From contig OY740792.1 in assembly GCA_963514005.1 (NCBI GenBank), forward strand, positions 29,512,001 to 29,576,000: a stretch of DNA of 64,000 nucleotides, given 5' to 3'. The position numbers were made by a program, and so were the translations under genes. Shown here piece by piece: positions 27,050 through 38,600 of the stretch (positions are counted from its first letter, which is position 1; each line of letters starts with the position of its first letter). Origin of the DNA: Raja brachyura (lineage: Eukaryota). The notes beneath the pieces were generated by a model, which searched no databases, was not told the origin of the DNA, and saw only the letters and a program-made list of their open reading frames with translations.

Positions 27050-27600
27050 TGGTAGACGACGATAACATGGTTGTGCAGTCTCATGTCTTGTGGGATGAAG
27101 TGTGGCTGATGAGTCCGATGCGCAAGCCACACACATAGGAGCAGTGGGGACACATGAAGGCCGCTGTGAGTAGATTTAGGGTTGCAGCCTTCCTCCTGTC
27201 TCTGACACTAATGACACTCTGACACTAACGACACTCTGACACTCTGACCCTGTCTCTGACACTAACAACACTCTGACACTAACGAGTCAGCTTTGGCGAT
27301 TATCTTCGAAACTGCTGACCACCTTCCTAATTGTTGTACGCCAGCCAGTCATGTCACTGGCATGGGTTTCCAGTTTATTTGGGGCTAGGTCTGCGTGCTG
27401 GAGGTGGTCCGTGATACAGTCTTTGAACCGTTTCTTTGGGCGCCCTGGGTTCCTTTGACCCTGTGACAGAATTCCGTACAGGAGTTGACGAGGTATCTGG
27501 GATGCCATCCAGATCACAGGGCCTGTCCATCGAAGCTGGGCCTTTATGATCATTGCTTCGATGCTTGGAAAGCCTGACCGGTCCTGCACCTCTCAGCACA
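27050..27600 (-). mobile_element. RTE-clade LINE 3' fragment with internal tandem repeat (27197-27285)
   Basis: SIEAMIIKAQLRWTG..RQLLYGILSQGQRNPGRPKKRFKD followed by FMCPHCSYVC...GLISH; repeated CTCTGACACTAA units. Confidence 0.85.
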
Positions 27601-27760
27601 CAGAATAATAAACCAATGTCAATAAATCTTCTGAATTTTTGCCAATGCTCTTTTGTTTCCTTGTTTATTCTTAACCTATCCAGAAGATTGCATAGCTACA
27701 GAGAACATAAAACTACTGTGCAGGCTTGATGCCATCATTTTTGTACATCCATGGTACAAA

Positions 27761-27910
27761 NNNNNNNNNNNNNNNNNNNNNNNNNNNNNNNNNNNNNNNN
27801 NNNNNNNNNNNNNNNNNNNNNNNNNNNNNNNNNNNNNNNNNNNNNNNNNNNNNNNNNNNNNNNNNNNNNNNNNNNNNNNNNNNNNNNNNNNNNNNNNNNN
27901 NNNNNNNNNN
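27761..27910. other. Assembly gap (150 N)
   Basis: Run of N. Confidence 1.
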
Positions 27911-28384
27911 AGAGAGAGAGGTATCTCCTCGAAAACGCAGATTTTTACCACTTCGGTAGGGATTTAACTAGGAAGAAATGAAGGTCTCTACGCACACAGC
28001 TCTACTGCTTTCCAGCAATGTTTATGCATAGTGACCTTTGACATAGGCATGCACAGTCGTTATACCAAACTCGCTTATTATACTTCAAGTCAGGTTACTT
28101 CATAAGTAGAGTTCAAACTATTAGTTTGAATATCTTATGCATCTCGGAGTTAGAATCAGTCCACCATGTCCATGCCGACCTTCATGCCTATCTATACCAC
28201 TTGTCTGCATTAACTCAACATCGCTCCTGCCCTGCTCATAAATCTCAAACTCATAAGCTTACTTTAGTCCAAGTTTTTCTTCCAACATTCCTTTTGATAT
28301 TCCATCCTGTGCAAAAATTCTTGGCATGATTCATTTTACTTAGGAATTAGACAAGTGGAATGACCAACATCACCTAATAGCTAA

Positions 28385-28568
28385 AGATAGACTAAAAAAA
28401 CTGGAGTCACTCAGCAGGTCAGGCAGCATCTCTGGAGAGAAGGAATGGGTGACGTTTCAGGTTGAGACCCTTCTTCAGGAGGGTCTCGACCTGAAACGTC
28501 AATCCATTCCTTCCCTCCAGAAATGCTGCCTGTCCCGCTGAGTTACTCCAGCTTTTTGTGTCTATCTT
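28385..28568. repeat. Penelope-terminus-derived palindrome (~185 bp) with hammerhead core
   Basis: Arms are reverse complements about ~28476. The minus strand reads CTGAAGAAGGGTCTCAACCTGAAACGTCACCC. Confidence 0.85.
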
Positions 28569-30619
28569 CGATTTAAACCATCATCCGCTGTTCCTTCCTA
28601 CACATGTTCCTTCCTACACATTCGTGCAGTTCCTTCCTGCACATTGACCAGTATAATCTGTCAGCCTGTGTTATTTCAGGAACTGCTTTTATAATTCGTT
28701 GATTGCTTATTATTTTACCACACCAAAGATTAAAGAGTGAACTTTGGTATCATGGCCATGTGTAACATGTTAGTCCATAAAACTCATGAGCCCCACACTT
28801 GAACTGCACAACTGATCAGAATGAAAAAAAATGTTTAGTCACAGAGTGCTCACTTCTGGATGATCAAACTTTGAAACATTCTAATAGCTAAGATTGTTTG
28901 CAAGGAATTTCTTTAAATTAGTGTTTTATTGGAAAAAACAAATTATTTAATGTCAAAAGTTTTGGTTTGGTTCGCCCCATGATGCAATAATTCCGCTTAA
29001 TCCCTGACGTTTGAAAGCTGAACAGTATCTACATGGTAACTACAAAAGTCAATACAGGTTGTACAAAGATTTTCGGGCAACTGATGGACCCACCCCCTAT
29101 AATCTGGACAAAATTACGAGAGTTCATTTGAAATATCCTGAGTGGCCTCAGGTGGCATGGCGTGTGCTCTTTCGAAGTCAAAGTGTTATTTGTTTACATA
29201 TAAACATTGAAATCCCTCCTTGGCCTTGTCTAATTCTATCGTTGCTGGTTCAATGTTTAAGTTTATCATGTTTCCACTCTGCCTGGCCTCCACATACCTC
29301 CCCACAGCCTCTCCTCCCACCATTCTGTTTAATTTTCCTCTTACTCTGTGGAACACTGATTTCCTGTCAAGTCTTCTCTAATTTTCTGGGCACCTTTAAA
29401 AGCCTTCTTTCCAAAGTCTCTTTTCAACTATAATCTCAATCTTCTCTCCTAACTGTGTCGCAAAGATGATACAATAAACCCTAATTTTAATAGATCTCAT
29501 AACAGATGTCAGATGCAGATGCAGCGATGGGCCTGCCAAACCATTGCCGGCTCCCACTGTCTTACCGGCCATTTAGAGACCCTGCTTCCAACCCCACACC
29601 GACCAGCGAGCCCTTCTTAGCCCACCACACCTGTTGTTGCGGCTCACATAGTAGCCCCTGGCGACGGCGCTTTCTTTGGGCCATCGCAAACGACCAATGT
29701 GCTCGGCCACTGTGGGGCTCCAATCCCTCTAACCTTCTGTCACTTCCAAGGTGGACTCTGTCGGCAACTCTGGGCGAGGAGGATGCGGCGGGTGGGGGGA
29801 AGAGGCCAACTGGACAAAGCGACGGGAGGGGGAGGCGGCCTAGCGGAAAGGCAGACAGGTAGAAGCAGCAGCTGGTGGAAGCGGTGGACGCCCCATAGCA
29901 ACCAAGCGCGTTTGTCGTTGGCGGCAGCCCGAAGAAAGCGCTGTCGCAAGGGGCTACAACGCAACAGCAGCTGTGTCACTGGACTGTGCAGTAGATGAAA
30001 AATAATTATCTGATGCACCTTGCCAGTTGGGAGTGAGATTGGAAGCCTGGGTTCTAAACAGCCGCGAAGACGGTGGTAGCCAGGGATGGGCCGGCAGCTC
30101 AATTTATTCAGTTTACATTTTATATTTGTTGCATTTAAGTTTTTGGCACTCCATGGTGCTTTAGAGACATGGGAGGGGTGTCATTGGGGGCCAGGGGTGT
30201 ATTGTCGTTTCATTATCATGTGACCTCTATTGGTACGGAAAACATGGTAATCCAGAAAGGCGCTGGAACTGAGGGGACCGGAAAATCGGTTTTCAATCTG
30301 TACCATTAAATGCCTTGATAGAGCAATTTCTTAATTTTTCAACCACGGAACTGATGTAACCGAATGAAACTACCAAGAGATTAGACCATATTTTCAATAT
30401 TCCATATAATTTTGTAATAATTCTGCTGCAATGATTGAATAATATAGGATTTATTATAATTCCACGTGTTAGCATTACTGCTAGCAATATTACGATTAAA
30501 CTGCCTCATCTCTAATGCAAGAAATTTGACAGCTTTAACTGCCAAACAGGGGACCAAAATGGAAAGAGAGGAAAGTAAAAACCCATGAATTCCAGAGAAT
30601 ACAAGTCAACCTATTGTAG

Positions 30620-30830
30620 AATCAAGAAACTGCAGATACTGGTTTCCAAAAGAAGACGTAAAGTGCTGGAGTGACTCAGCGGGTCAGGCAGCATCCCTGG
30701 AGAATAGTGATAGGTGACGTTTCAGGTCTGGGCTCTTCTTCAGACTGATGTTTGAAGAGGAGACCCGACCTGAAACGTCACCTATCCATCTTCTCCAGGG
30801 ATGCTGCCTGACCCAAGACTTTGCGTATTT
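30620..30830. repeat. Second Penelope-terminus-derived palindrome
   Basis: GGGTCAGGCAGCATCCCTGGAGAA...GTGACGTTTCAGG pairs with CCTGAAACGTCAC...TTCTCCAGGGATGCTGCCTGACCC. Confidence 0.85.
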
Positions 30831-30951
30831 TTTTCCAATCAATCTATTAGCTGATGGACACTAAAGAAGAGGAAATGAAAGTGTATTAAGATAGAACTGA
30901 AAGGCTCATATTACAAAATGTTTACAATAGAAAACTCATTCATATACTTAC

Positions 30952-31034
30952 TGGCCATTCCATATGTGGTCATAACAACTTCTACGGCACAGGTTAGAAG
31001 AGATCCATGAAAAGTAGCATCATTCAGCAACTTG
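30952..31034 (-). CDS. RB1: RB1 coding exon (exon 16 equivalent), 83 nt
   Basis: ttttag|CAAGTTG...TGGCCA|gtaagt encodes KLLNDATFHGSLLTCAVEVVMTTYGMA. Confidence 0.95.
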
Positions 31035-31119
31035 CTAAAAATACAGTACATGTGATAGATTAGATCCTAGTTTAAAAAACAGAATGATATTAAGATTTTT
31101 TTTTAATCTGTAAATTTAC

Positions 31120-31151
31120 CTAAAATTTTGGACAGAAAGACGCTTTTCTTC
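31120..31151 (-). CDS. RB1: RB1 coding exon (exon 15 equivalent), 32 nt
   Basis: ttgcag|GAAGAAAAGCGTCTTTCTGTCCAAAATTTTAG|gtaaat encodes EEKRLSVQNFS. Confidence 0.95.
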
Positions 31152-31911
31152 CTGCAAGTATCAAACAGAGAATAAATTTGAGCACATCTGAGAACACAGC
31201 AGTTCAGAAATGTTAGTAAAGCAATGACTGTAACTGTAATGAGGTAAAGTTTTTTGGACCAAAGATTGAGTAAAGAAAATGAGTTGTTAACATTTATTAA
31301 AATTGCTGCAGATTAAGGAAGAACCAGATTGAAGGGAAACAACTTCCTGACTGTGTCCTCACCAATCGATTTGTGCTGGGTATAATTACATATATTATGA
31401 GTAAACATATCACAGTCCTTAGTGACACCCATGTGTGTTAAATAAAACATTCGGTACAGATCCTTGCCATTGATAACTGAAAATTCATGAATCGCCTTGG
31501 GATCTATCACAGGCAAAAGTAACAGGATTTTAATTTACTTTAATTGATAACTTTCTAAGTCTTTCACTTTACAATTATCAAGTCAGGAGACCAGCTTGAC
31601 CTCAGTAACAAATTGAACCAAGCATACTTAAAAATAAAATGAATGTGGTGAACTGCAACACATACCTGTCAAAAAGGCAATACAGCAAGTAACAGACAGA
31701 GTTGTGCAACCCCATAATCAATTAATCAGACAAAAGCACCGCTGACCTGACATATCCAGGTTTGGTTAGTTGTGGACAATTAAACCATCCTGAATAAAAT
31801 AATCAAAAAACGTTTCAGCCAAGCACCAGGGGAATGATCCATCTTGGTTTATTGGCAAAGACACAGCCAACACAGATCTGATTTTCATGTGATACAGAAA
31901 AAAAGCTGAGG

Positions 31912-32735
31912 GCACAAAGGACAAAGGACATTTATTATCACATACACCCATTGGTGTAGTGAAATTTGACTTGCCATGCAGCACACAAATAAAGATAAGA
32001 CACATCAAGAAATGTAACAATAAGCATAAAAACATCCGCCCACAATGGTTCCCACTGTGGGGGAAGGCAGCAAAGTCCAGCGCCATCCCCAGTTCACCCA
32101 TAGTCGGGCCAATTGAGGCCTCCGCAGTCGCCGCTACGGCAGCCCGATGCTTCAGGCCCTCTCGCCGGATGATGAAGCTCTGGCGTCGGGTGAACGCTCT
32201 TAGCGGCTTGGAGTGTCTGGGGCGGCCGCCTCCTCCCCGGAGATAGCAGCTCCCAAAGTCCACGGGCCGCGCCAGTCCGAGCTCCGACTCTGGCGACGTC
32301 GTCGTGAGATCCCAGGCTCCGCGGTGTTTAAAGCTCGGCGCCGTCCGCGGCTGGAAGCTCCACAGCTCAGCAATGTTGGAGTCGGCGGTCCCAGCCCTCC
32401 GGAGCTTACCGCACAGCGACCCGGGTAAGGCATCGCCCGCTCCACGATGGCGCCCCAGCGCTGTGCCGCCGCCGAAGTCCCGGCCGGTCCCGGCAGGAAA
32501 CGCCGCTCCAGACTGCCGGTAGGCCGCGAAGAAGGGGCGAAAACACGGCTTGGAGAAAAGCCACATCTCCGAACAGGTAGGTACTGAGAAAAATAGTTTC
32601 CCCCTTTCCCCCCACCCCCCACATAAAAAGACTAAAAGACCTCCAAAACAAACACTTTAACTAACTAAAAATAAAAAAGAATGCAAAGACTAACAGCTGC
32701 TGGCAGGGCAGCCATACTCGACGGCGTCCCCTGCA
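31912..32735 (-). mobile_element. GC/CpG-rich non-autonomous retroposon-like element
   Basis: Minus strand: GCTGCCCTGCCAGCAGCTGTTAGTCTTT head, T-rich stretch, GC core, AATAAA and a (TGTCCTT)n tail. Same architecture as 36944-37622. Confidence 0.6.
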
Positions 32736-34218
32736 CTGGTTATAGGAAAGGCTATGGTATCAGATCACACCCTAGTTATGGCGCTGAACACTTGGACAAG
32801 AACAAGCTGAGTCTCTAGTCAAGTTATCCTAATGCAAAAATAACACACTCATCTACTTCAAAACATCGACATTTATGACGTGCATCCCTGTCCACCAAAA
32901 AGGATCAAATCTAATCCAGCTAATTACTGGTAAATGGAAATCAAAAACTACAGATACTGAAAGTTTAAAATAAAAACACTGAACATGTCAGACAGTATTT
33001 TCTATTCTAGAATGACCAATTACTATTCTTAATTAGTTGTGTGATGGATGTTGTTAAGTAGCAGTTACTAATGCTCACTAATGTTCACATTTTAATTTCA
33101 TCTAATACAGATCTCCAAACTTCCAGTTGACCTGAAACCAGGACAAAACAGCTAAGAGCTAAAGATAAGGTAGAAAAACTGCCTTAACATTACAGCACCA
33201 TTGACTGAGTTTGGAATCAAAGAGCATTGGTAATATCAGGTTTAAAACACTCCACTGGCAGGAAACATACTTCACATAATGTTGGTACAGTAAACCCATG
33301 TTATAACGGACCATAAGGGGTTGGGAGAGTGGTATCCCTTATTGCCAATTGTCCGTTATAAACGAGTAATGTGTTAGGATTGTATGTAGTTGAAATAAAG
33401 AATCTCAGATGATAGTTAATACACAAAAGGACATAAAATGCTGGAGTAACTCAGCAGGTCAGGCAGCATCTCTGGAGAACATGGATAGGTGACATTTGCT
33501 CACGATGGAAAAGTGTTCAGTTCCACTTGCATTTCCCCAGAAAATGCATGCAGAATGCCATTGGAAATGTACAAAACTCCCTGTCACACTACTCATGCTA
33601 GACTTTAATTCCATATTTTCTTAATTTGGGGCTACTGTTGAATTTGATCATGTCTCTAGATTGTTAGTTTCGACATTTGGATTACTTTCTTGATATGAGC
33701 ATATTGTTAAAGGATCTGTAAATATATTAGTTGTTTAATTAACCATACAACAATTACAGCACGGAAACAGGCCTTCTCGGCCCTTCCAGTCCGTGCCGAC
33801 CATTTATTTTCCCTGAATTGTATCTACACAAGGTATAAAATGGGGTATTCTACTTGTAACTAATTAATTTAGTTTTGCTGCCTTGATCTTTATCAATTCA
33901 TTATCAGTTCTTTATCAATGAAGACACAACTGCAGTAGGATCAAACATCATCTGCTTTATGTGATTCTTAACTACATAAAGACGACTTCATCTTTTGGAA
34001 AACACAGCAATGTTCAATTTCTCACAAATTTTTAAGTTATCTAACCCAATTTCATGAATATATTTACCAAACAACATGAGGCAGTCAAATTTAAATAAAA
34101 CAGCTGCCAAAGACATTTGCCTATAACTGAACTTTATATATTTAAAATAGCAAAACTTCTTCCACTTCCACTTCTACCGTTAAAAATTCCTGCCATCATT
34201 GTAATAAAAAAAACTTAC

Positions 34219-34275
34219 CGATTTCAACATGGATTCCATAACTCTATAGTACAACCGTACACCAAGATTATATCT
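34219..34275 (-). CDS. RB1: RB1 coding exon (exon 14 equivalent), 57 nt
   Basis: cttcag|AGATAT...AAATCG|gtaagt encodes RYNLGVRLYYRVMESMLKS, nearly identical to human. Confidence 0.97.
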
Positions 34276-34368
34276 CTGAAGATTACAGAATGAAATAAAT
34301 TAATCAATTTGAAGTACAATCAATATAAATAACAAAACAATGAAATCAACAAAATATTATATTTATAC

Positions 34369-34485
34369 CTGTGATCCAATCTCAGCCCATTCTTCTCCCA
34401 TAGCCCGAGCAAATTTTTCCTGAAACTTTTGACCCAAATTCTCCACTCTTTTAGTAATGTTGGTGGTGGGGTTTATTGTACAATT
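34369..34485 (-). CDS. RB1: RB1 coding exon (exon 13 equivalent), 117 nt
   Basis: tttcag|AATTGT...TCACAG|gtataa encodes NCTINPTTNITKRVENLGQKFQEKFARAMGEEWAEIGSQ. Confidence 0.95.
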
Positions 34486-34739
34486 CTGAAAAAAAGTAGA
34501 ACAATGCTGCACCTAATATTCTGGTAATGTAAAACACAAGCTTATGCAATGTCTCAAAAACTTGTAATCTTTCACCTTTAATTTATTAGACTAATTTCAA
34601 GAATTTTAGAAACTCTCTTTGCTTCTATAAAATAAATCACAAGCACTGGAAAGCAATGGTCTTTTCTCGTTTAGAGCGCAAATGCTACAAGGAGTATTTA
34701 TAACCTGGAATTCTAAATACAACTTATTTAAACTAAATA

Positions 34740-36270
34740 CAAACCGCATAGTGGGGGGTGTGGTCAACAAATTGCAAATATATGGATGAAGTTAAAGGGA
34801 GTGCAGTAGTGGTTACTGAAGTCTTCACAAGTAATAGGGCAGAAAGTTTAAGAAGGGATAAGAGTCCAAGGTCAGGCAAAATGGGGAACAATACGAGAAG
34901 AGGGATAGTGAATATTGAACTAAAGGTGTTATATGTGATTGCATGCAGTATATGGAACAAAGTGGATGAGCTTACAGCAGTTAGCAGTTGGTAGGTATGA
35001 CGTTGTGGGCATCACAGAGAAGTGGTTGAAGGAGGACCGGAGCTGCGAGCTGAATATCCAAGGTTACACATCTTATTGGACAGAGATGCAGGGTAGCTCT
35101 GCTGGTAAGGAATGAAATTCATTTCTTAGCAAAGGATGACATAGGATCAGAAGATGTAGAATCCTTGTGGGTAGAGGTAAGAAACTGCAAGGGTAAAAAC
35201 CCCTCCAAACAGCAGCCAGGATATAACATACAAATTACATCGAGATACAAACGGCATGTAAGAAAGGCAACGTTACAGTGGCCATGGGGGATTACAATAT
35301 GCAAGTGAAGGGAAGGAATTTGTAGAGTGCCTATGGATGGCTTCTTAGAACAGCTTGCAGTTAAGCCTATTAGGAAAAAGGCAATTCTAGACTTGGTGTT
35401 GTGTAACAAACTGCATTTGATTAGTGACCATACGAGGTAGTGACCATAATATGATAAAATTCAGTCTGCAGTTTGAGAGGGAGAAGATTAATTCAGATGT
35501 GTCGTTATTATTGTTGCATAAAGGTAACTACAGAGGCATGAGGAAGGAGCTGGCGAAAGTTGATTGGAAAGGGATCCTAGCAGGGATGACGGTGGAGCAG
35601 TAAAGACGCAGAATCTGTTTCTCCAAATGATAAAGAAAGATTCTACGGGGAGAATAGAGGCAGCCGTGGTTGATAAGGAAGTCAAAGACAGCATAAAAGA
35701 GAAGTCATATAATATTGCAAAGATTAGTGGGAAGAGATAATTGGAAAGATTTAAAAACCAACAGAAGGTAAATATTAAAACAATATAGGGAGAAAAGATG
35801 AAATACGAAGGTAAGCTAGCCAATACAATAAAAGAGAGCAAAAGTTTCTTCAGATACATAAAGAGTAAAAGAGAGGCAAGACCATAGGAAATTGATACTA
35901 CAGAAGTAATAATGAGGAATAAAGAAATGGCAGATGAATTGAATATGGTTTTTTGATTCAGTCTTCATAGTGGAAGACACCAGCAATATGCCTTAAATTC
36001 AAGAGAGTCAAGGGGCAGAAGTTAATGTTGCTTTTAGTAAGGAGAAGGTACTTGGGATGCTGAAAGGTTTGAAGGTGGATATGTCACCTGGACCAGATGA
36101 CTAAACCCTAGGGTTGTGAAAGAGGTAGCTTTAGAGATTGTGGTGGCATTAGTGGTAAACTTTCAAGAATCACTAGTCAGGAATGGTCCCAGAGGACTGG
36201 AAAATTGCAAATGTTACTTCTCTATTCAAGAAAGGAGTTAAGCAAAAAAGGGGAAACTATAGCCTGACTT
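34740..36270 (+). mobile_element. Degraded CR1 ORF2 (endonuclease to RT start), resuming at ~38601-38870 after a Harbinger-like insertion
   Basis: Residual NKVDEL, VGITE.W, SPGPD and PEDWKIANVTSLFKKG; KIGQSQHG lies just after 38600. Confidence 0.8.
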
Positions 36271-38600
36271 AAACCCGTCTCATGGTGCGAGTCCACCCAC
36301 AAGTGATCCCGAGTTAAAAACAAATCAAACTCGTGGTAATCACGTAGAATTAACGTAGCGGGAACATCGGAACTCGTGGGCGTAACTTAGCGATTTGCAA
36401 CACTAACGGCAGGTACTCGGGAAACGTGTTAACTCGTGAAAAGTTTTCATCATGTTGAAAGATTTCCACGAGTCAAATATACTCTTGAAGGAAAATGTTG
36501 ATACTTTTAAACTCGTTGTAATAGCGTAGTAGCCCGTGAGTTTACCATGGTGACTCGTGAGTTTGGCCTGAGTTAACAAGTTAACTGAGTTAACCGAGTT
36601 AACACGGGACGCGTGAAAAGTGACCTTACTGAGGGTATTCCCACGTATATAAAGCAGAGAGAAACATGTGTTCTACACGGCTCTGCATGATGTTTGAGAA
36701 TGGATTCGATGGTTTGTACCCATTCCCCCTCCGTACCCACCCACCCAGACCCCTCCTCATTACAGCGGCGGAAGCGACATTTCCAAGAGAATGGGGCAAA
36801 GCTGGGATGGGAGCAGGGCAGATGAGGCGCACCAAAGGGCCAAACAAGTTGATGGCTGCAAGGGGCAGGCGGCAGAGGTCTTGTGCCCCAGCGAGGTAGA
36901 CCGCTCTTCCCCCTGCTAATGCACACACAGAAAGAGAGAGATTAGTTTGGTCGGTGGGGGCGCTGCAAGCTGGCAGCCCTGTCAGCAGCGTGTTAGTCTT
37001 TTCAACTTTTTTAATTTTTTTAGTGTGTTTTAAACTATGTTTTTAATGTTTCTTAGTGTGTCTTGTGTGGGGGGTGGTGAAAATTGGGTGGCCTTTCCCG
37101 GAGATGCGCCCGGCGCAGCGCAGACTCTCAGCATGGAGTGGGTGAGCCCTAGCTGGAGGGGACGTTCCGTTTCGCTGGTCCGCGGCAGCCTGCAGAGCTC
37201 CAGAGCACTCCTGGAGGGGAGCTTCGACTGCCAGCCCTGCGGTCTGCGGTGCTTCTGGCTGCGGCGCGGCGGGTACTTTAAATCTTCCACCGCCGGCCTG
37301 AGGCCTACACCAACCTGAAGCCACGGTCTTCGGTGGGGATGAGTCGATTCTGGACTTACCTGGACTTTTACCTGTTTGTACATCTGGACGCCCGCAACGG
37401 CGGCTGTGGAGGGTTGAGGTCCCGACCACGGAAGAAAATGGAGGAGGACTGGCCAAATTGTGTGCCTTCCACCACAGTGGTGAATGCTGTGGTGGATGTT
37501 TGTGTTCAATTTTTAGTGTGTTTTTGTGTCTTTATCATTGTACCGCTGCTGGCAAATTCATTTCACTTGCACTTTATGTGCAACGCGACGAATAAAATTG
37601 ATTGTGATTGTTGTGATTGTGATGAGAGCAAAGAGTGATCCCAGCCTAACCCAAGAGCCTTGTCACCCAAGACAGATTAATGACGCCTGCGCATTCCCCA
37701 CCACCCCCACCTCCCTCCACCTCAACAGCACCAAAGCAGCTGAGGATCTGATGTGCAACTGATGTCACAATCTGATGTGCAACTGATGTGAAAGAACAGC
37801 AGCTGCAGCCGGCCGGCACCCGGCATGGACTTCTCACACCCTCACACACGAAAAGTGTGTGCGAATAAACAAAAACAAGGAATAAAACCAAAGCCCGGCT
37901 TGAAAGGCAACTAAAAATATATTCCTCTTAGAGCGAGCAGGCGCGGAGACATCCGTCCACATTCAAAGATTTTATCTCCCGTCTCCCCGCAATGTGTAGA
38001 CCTGGCAGTAAACTCAATTAAAATATAGCAAACCTCCGCCCGCTGGTCTTCTAACTACGTGATGCGAGTTTCAAACAATAAGTATAACTAATAAGTATAA
38101 TTGTTCTGTGACTGGACGGTGCGCTTTGTAGGTCATATCGATAGATGCGGCCACGCTGAATTCTATCTTTAACTGAAAGCCACAGGATGGAGCTGTCTTC
38201 TTTAACACTGTTGCTTCGCCGCCACCTTGCTGCACAATGGCAGTGAGTGTGGGGCCGAGATCCTGCCTAGTTTTTTTAAGTTCTGAAATTGAATAACTTT
38301 CAATACTGTATCAGAATATACTTACTGTATGAGATGTTGTCCAGCTCCTCTATTTGATACTTAAAACAGACCTTCATTCACGGTTGGCTCAAGAGTAACT
38401 CGGGAGAGGAACCTGGTAACTCGGGAGAGGAACTTGGTATATCGCAGAAATGAGAAGTAAACGAAAAACTGAGACATACACGTGGGAACGCGTTTAAACT
38501 CGTGAACATAAACTTGGAATCTCGTAGACAATCACGAGTGTGATTTTTTCTGACACTCGGGATCACTCGTGGGTGGACTCGCACCGTGAGAAAGGGCCAT
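36271..38600. mobile_element. Non-autonomous PIF/Harbinger-like DNA transposon (~2.3 kb) with nested retroposon
   Basis: Long TIRs TCTCATGGTGCGAGTCCACCCACAAGTGATCCCGAG / CTCGGGATCACTCGTGGGTGGACTCGCACCGTGAGA. TAA follows the right end; subterminal AACTCG repeats. Confidence 0.75.
36944..37622 (+). mobile_element. GC-rich non-autonomous retroposon-like element
   Basis: GGCAGCCCTGTCAGCAGCGTGTTAGTCTTT head, AATAAA and a (GATTGT)n tail. Confidence 0.6.

Noticed and set aside
27197-27285. Short direct repeats resembling a CRISPR array
   Set aside because: Eukaryotic minisatellite inside an RTE fragment, with no unique spacers or cas genes.
27911-27970. Possible Helitron 3' end (small hairpin then CTAG)
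   Set aside because: The hairpin is imperfect, CTAG is followed by G rather than T, and the upstream part is lost in the gap.
31766-32651. Overlapping ORFs up to 266 aa
   Set aside because: Expected by chance in a GC-rich repeat; no domain motifs.
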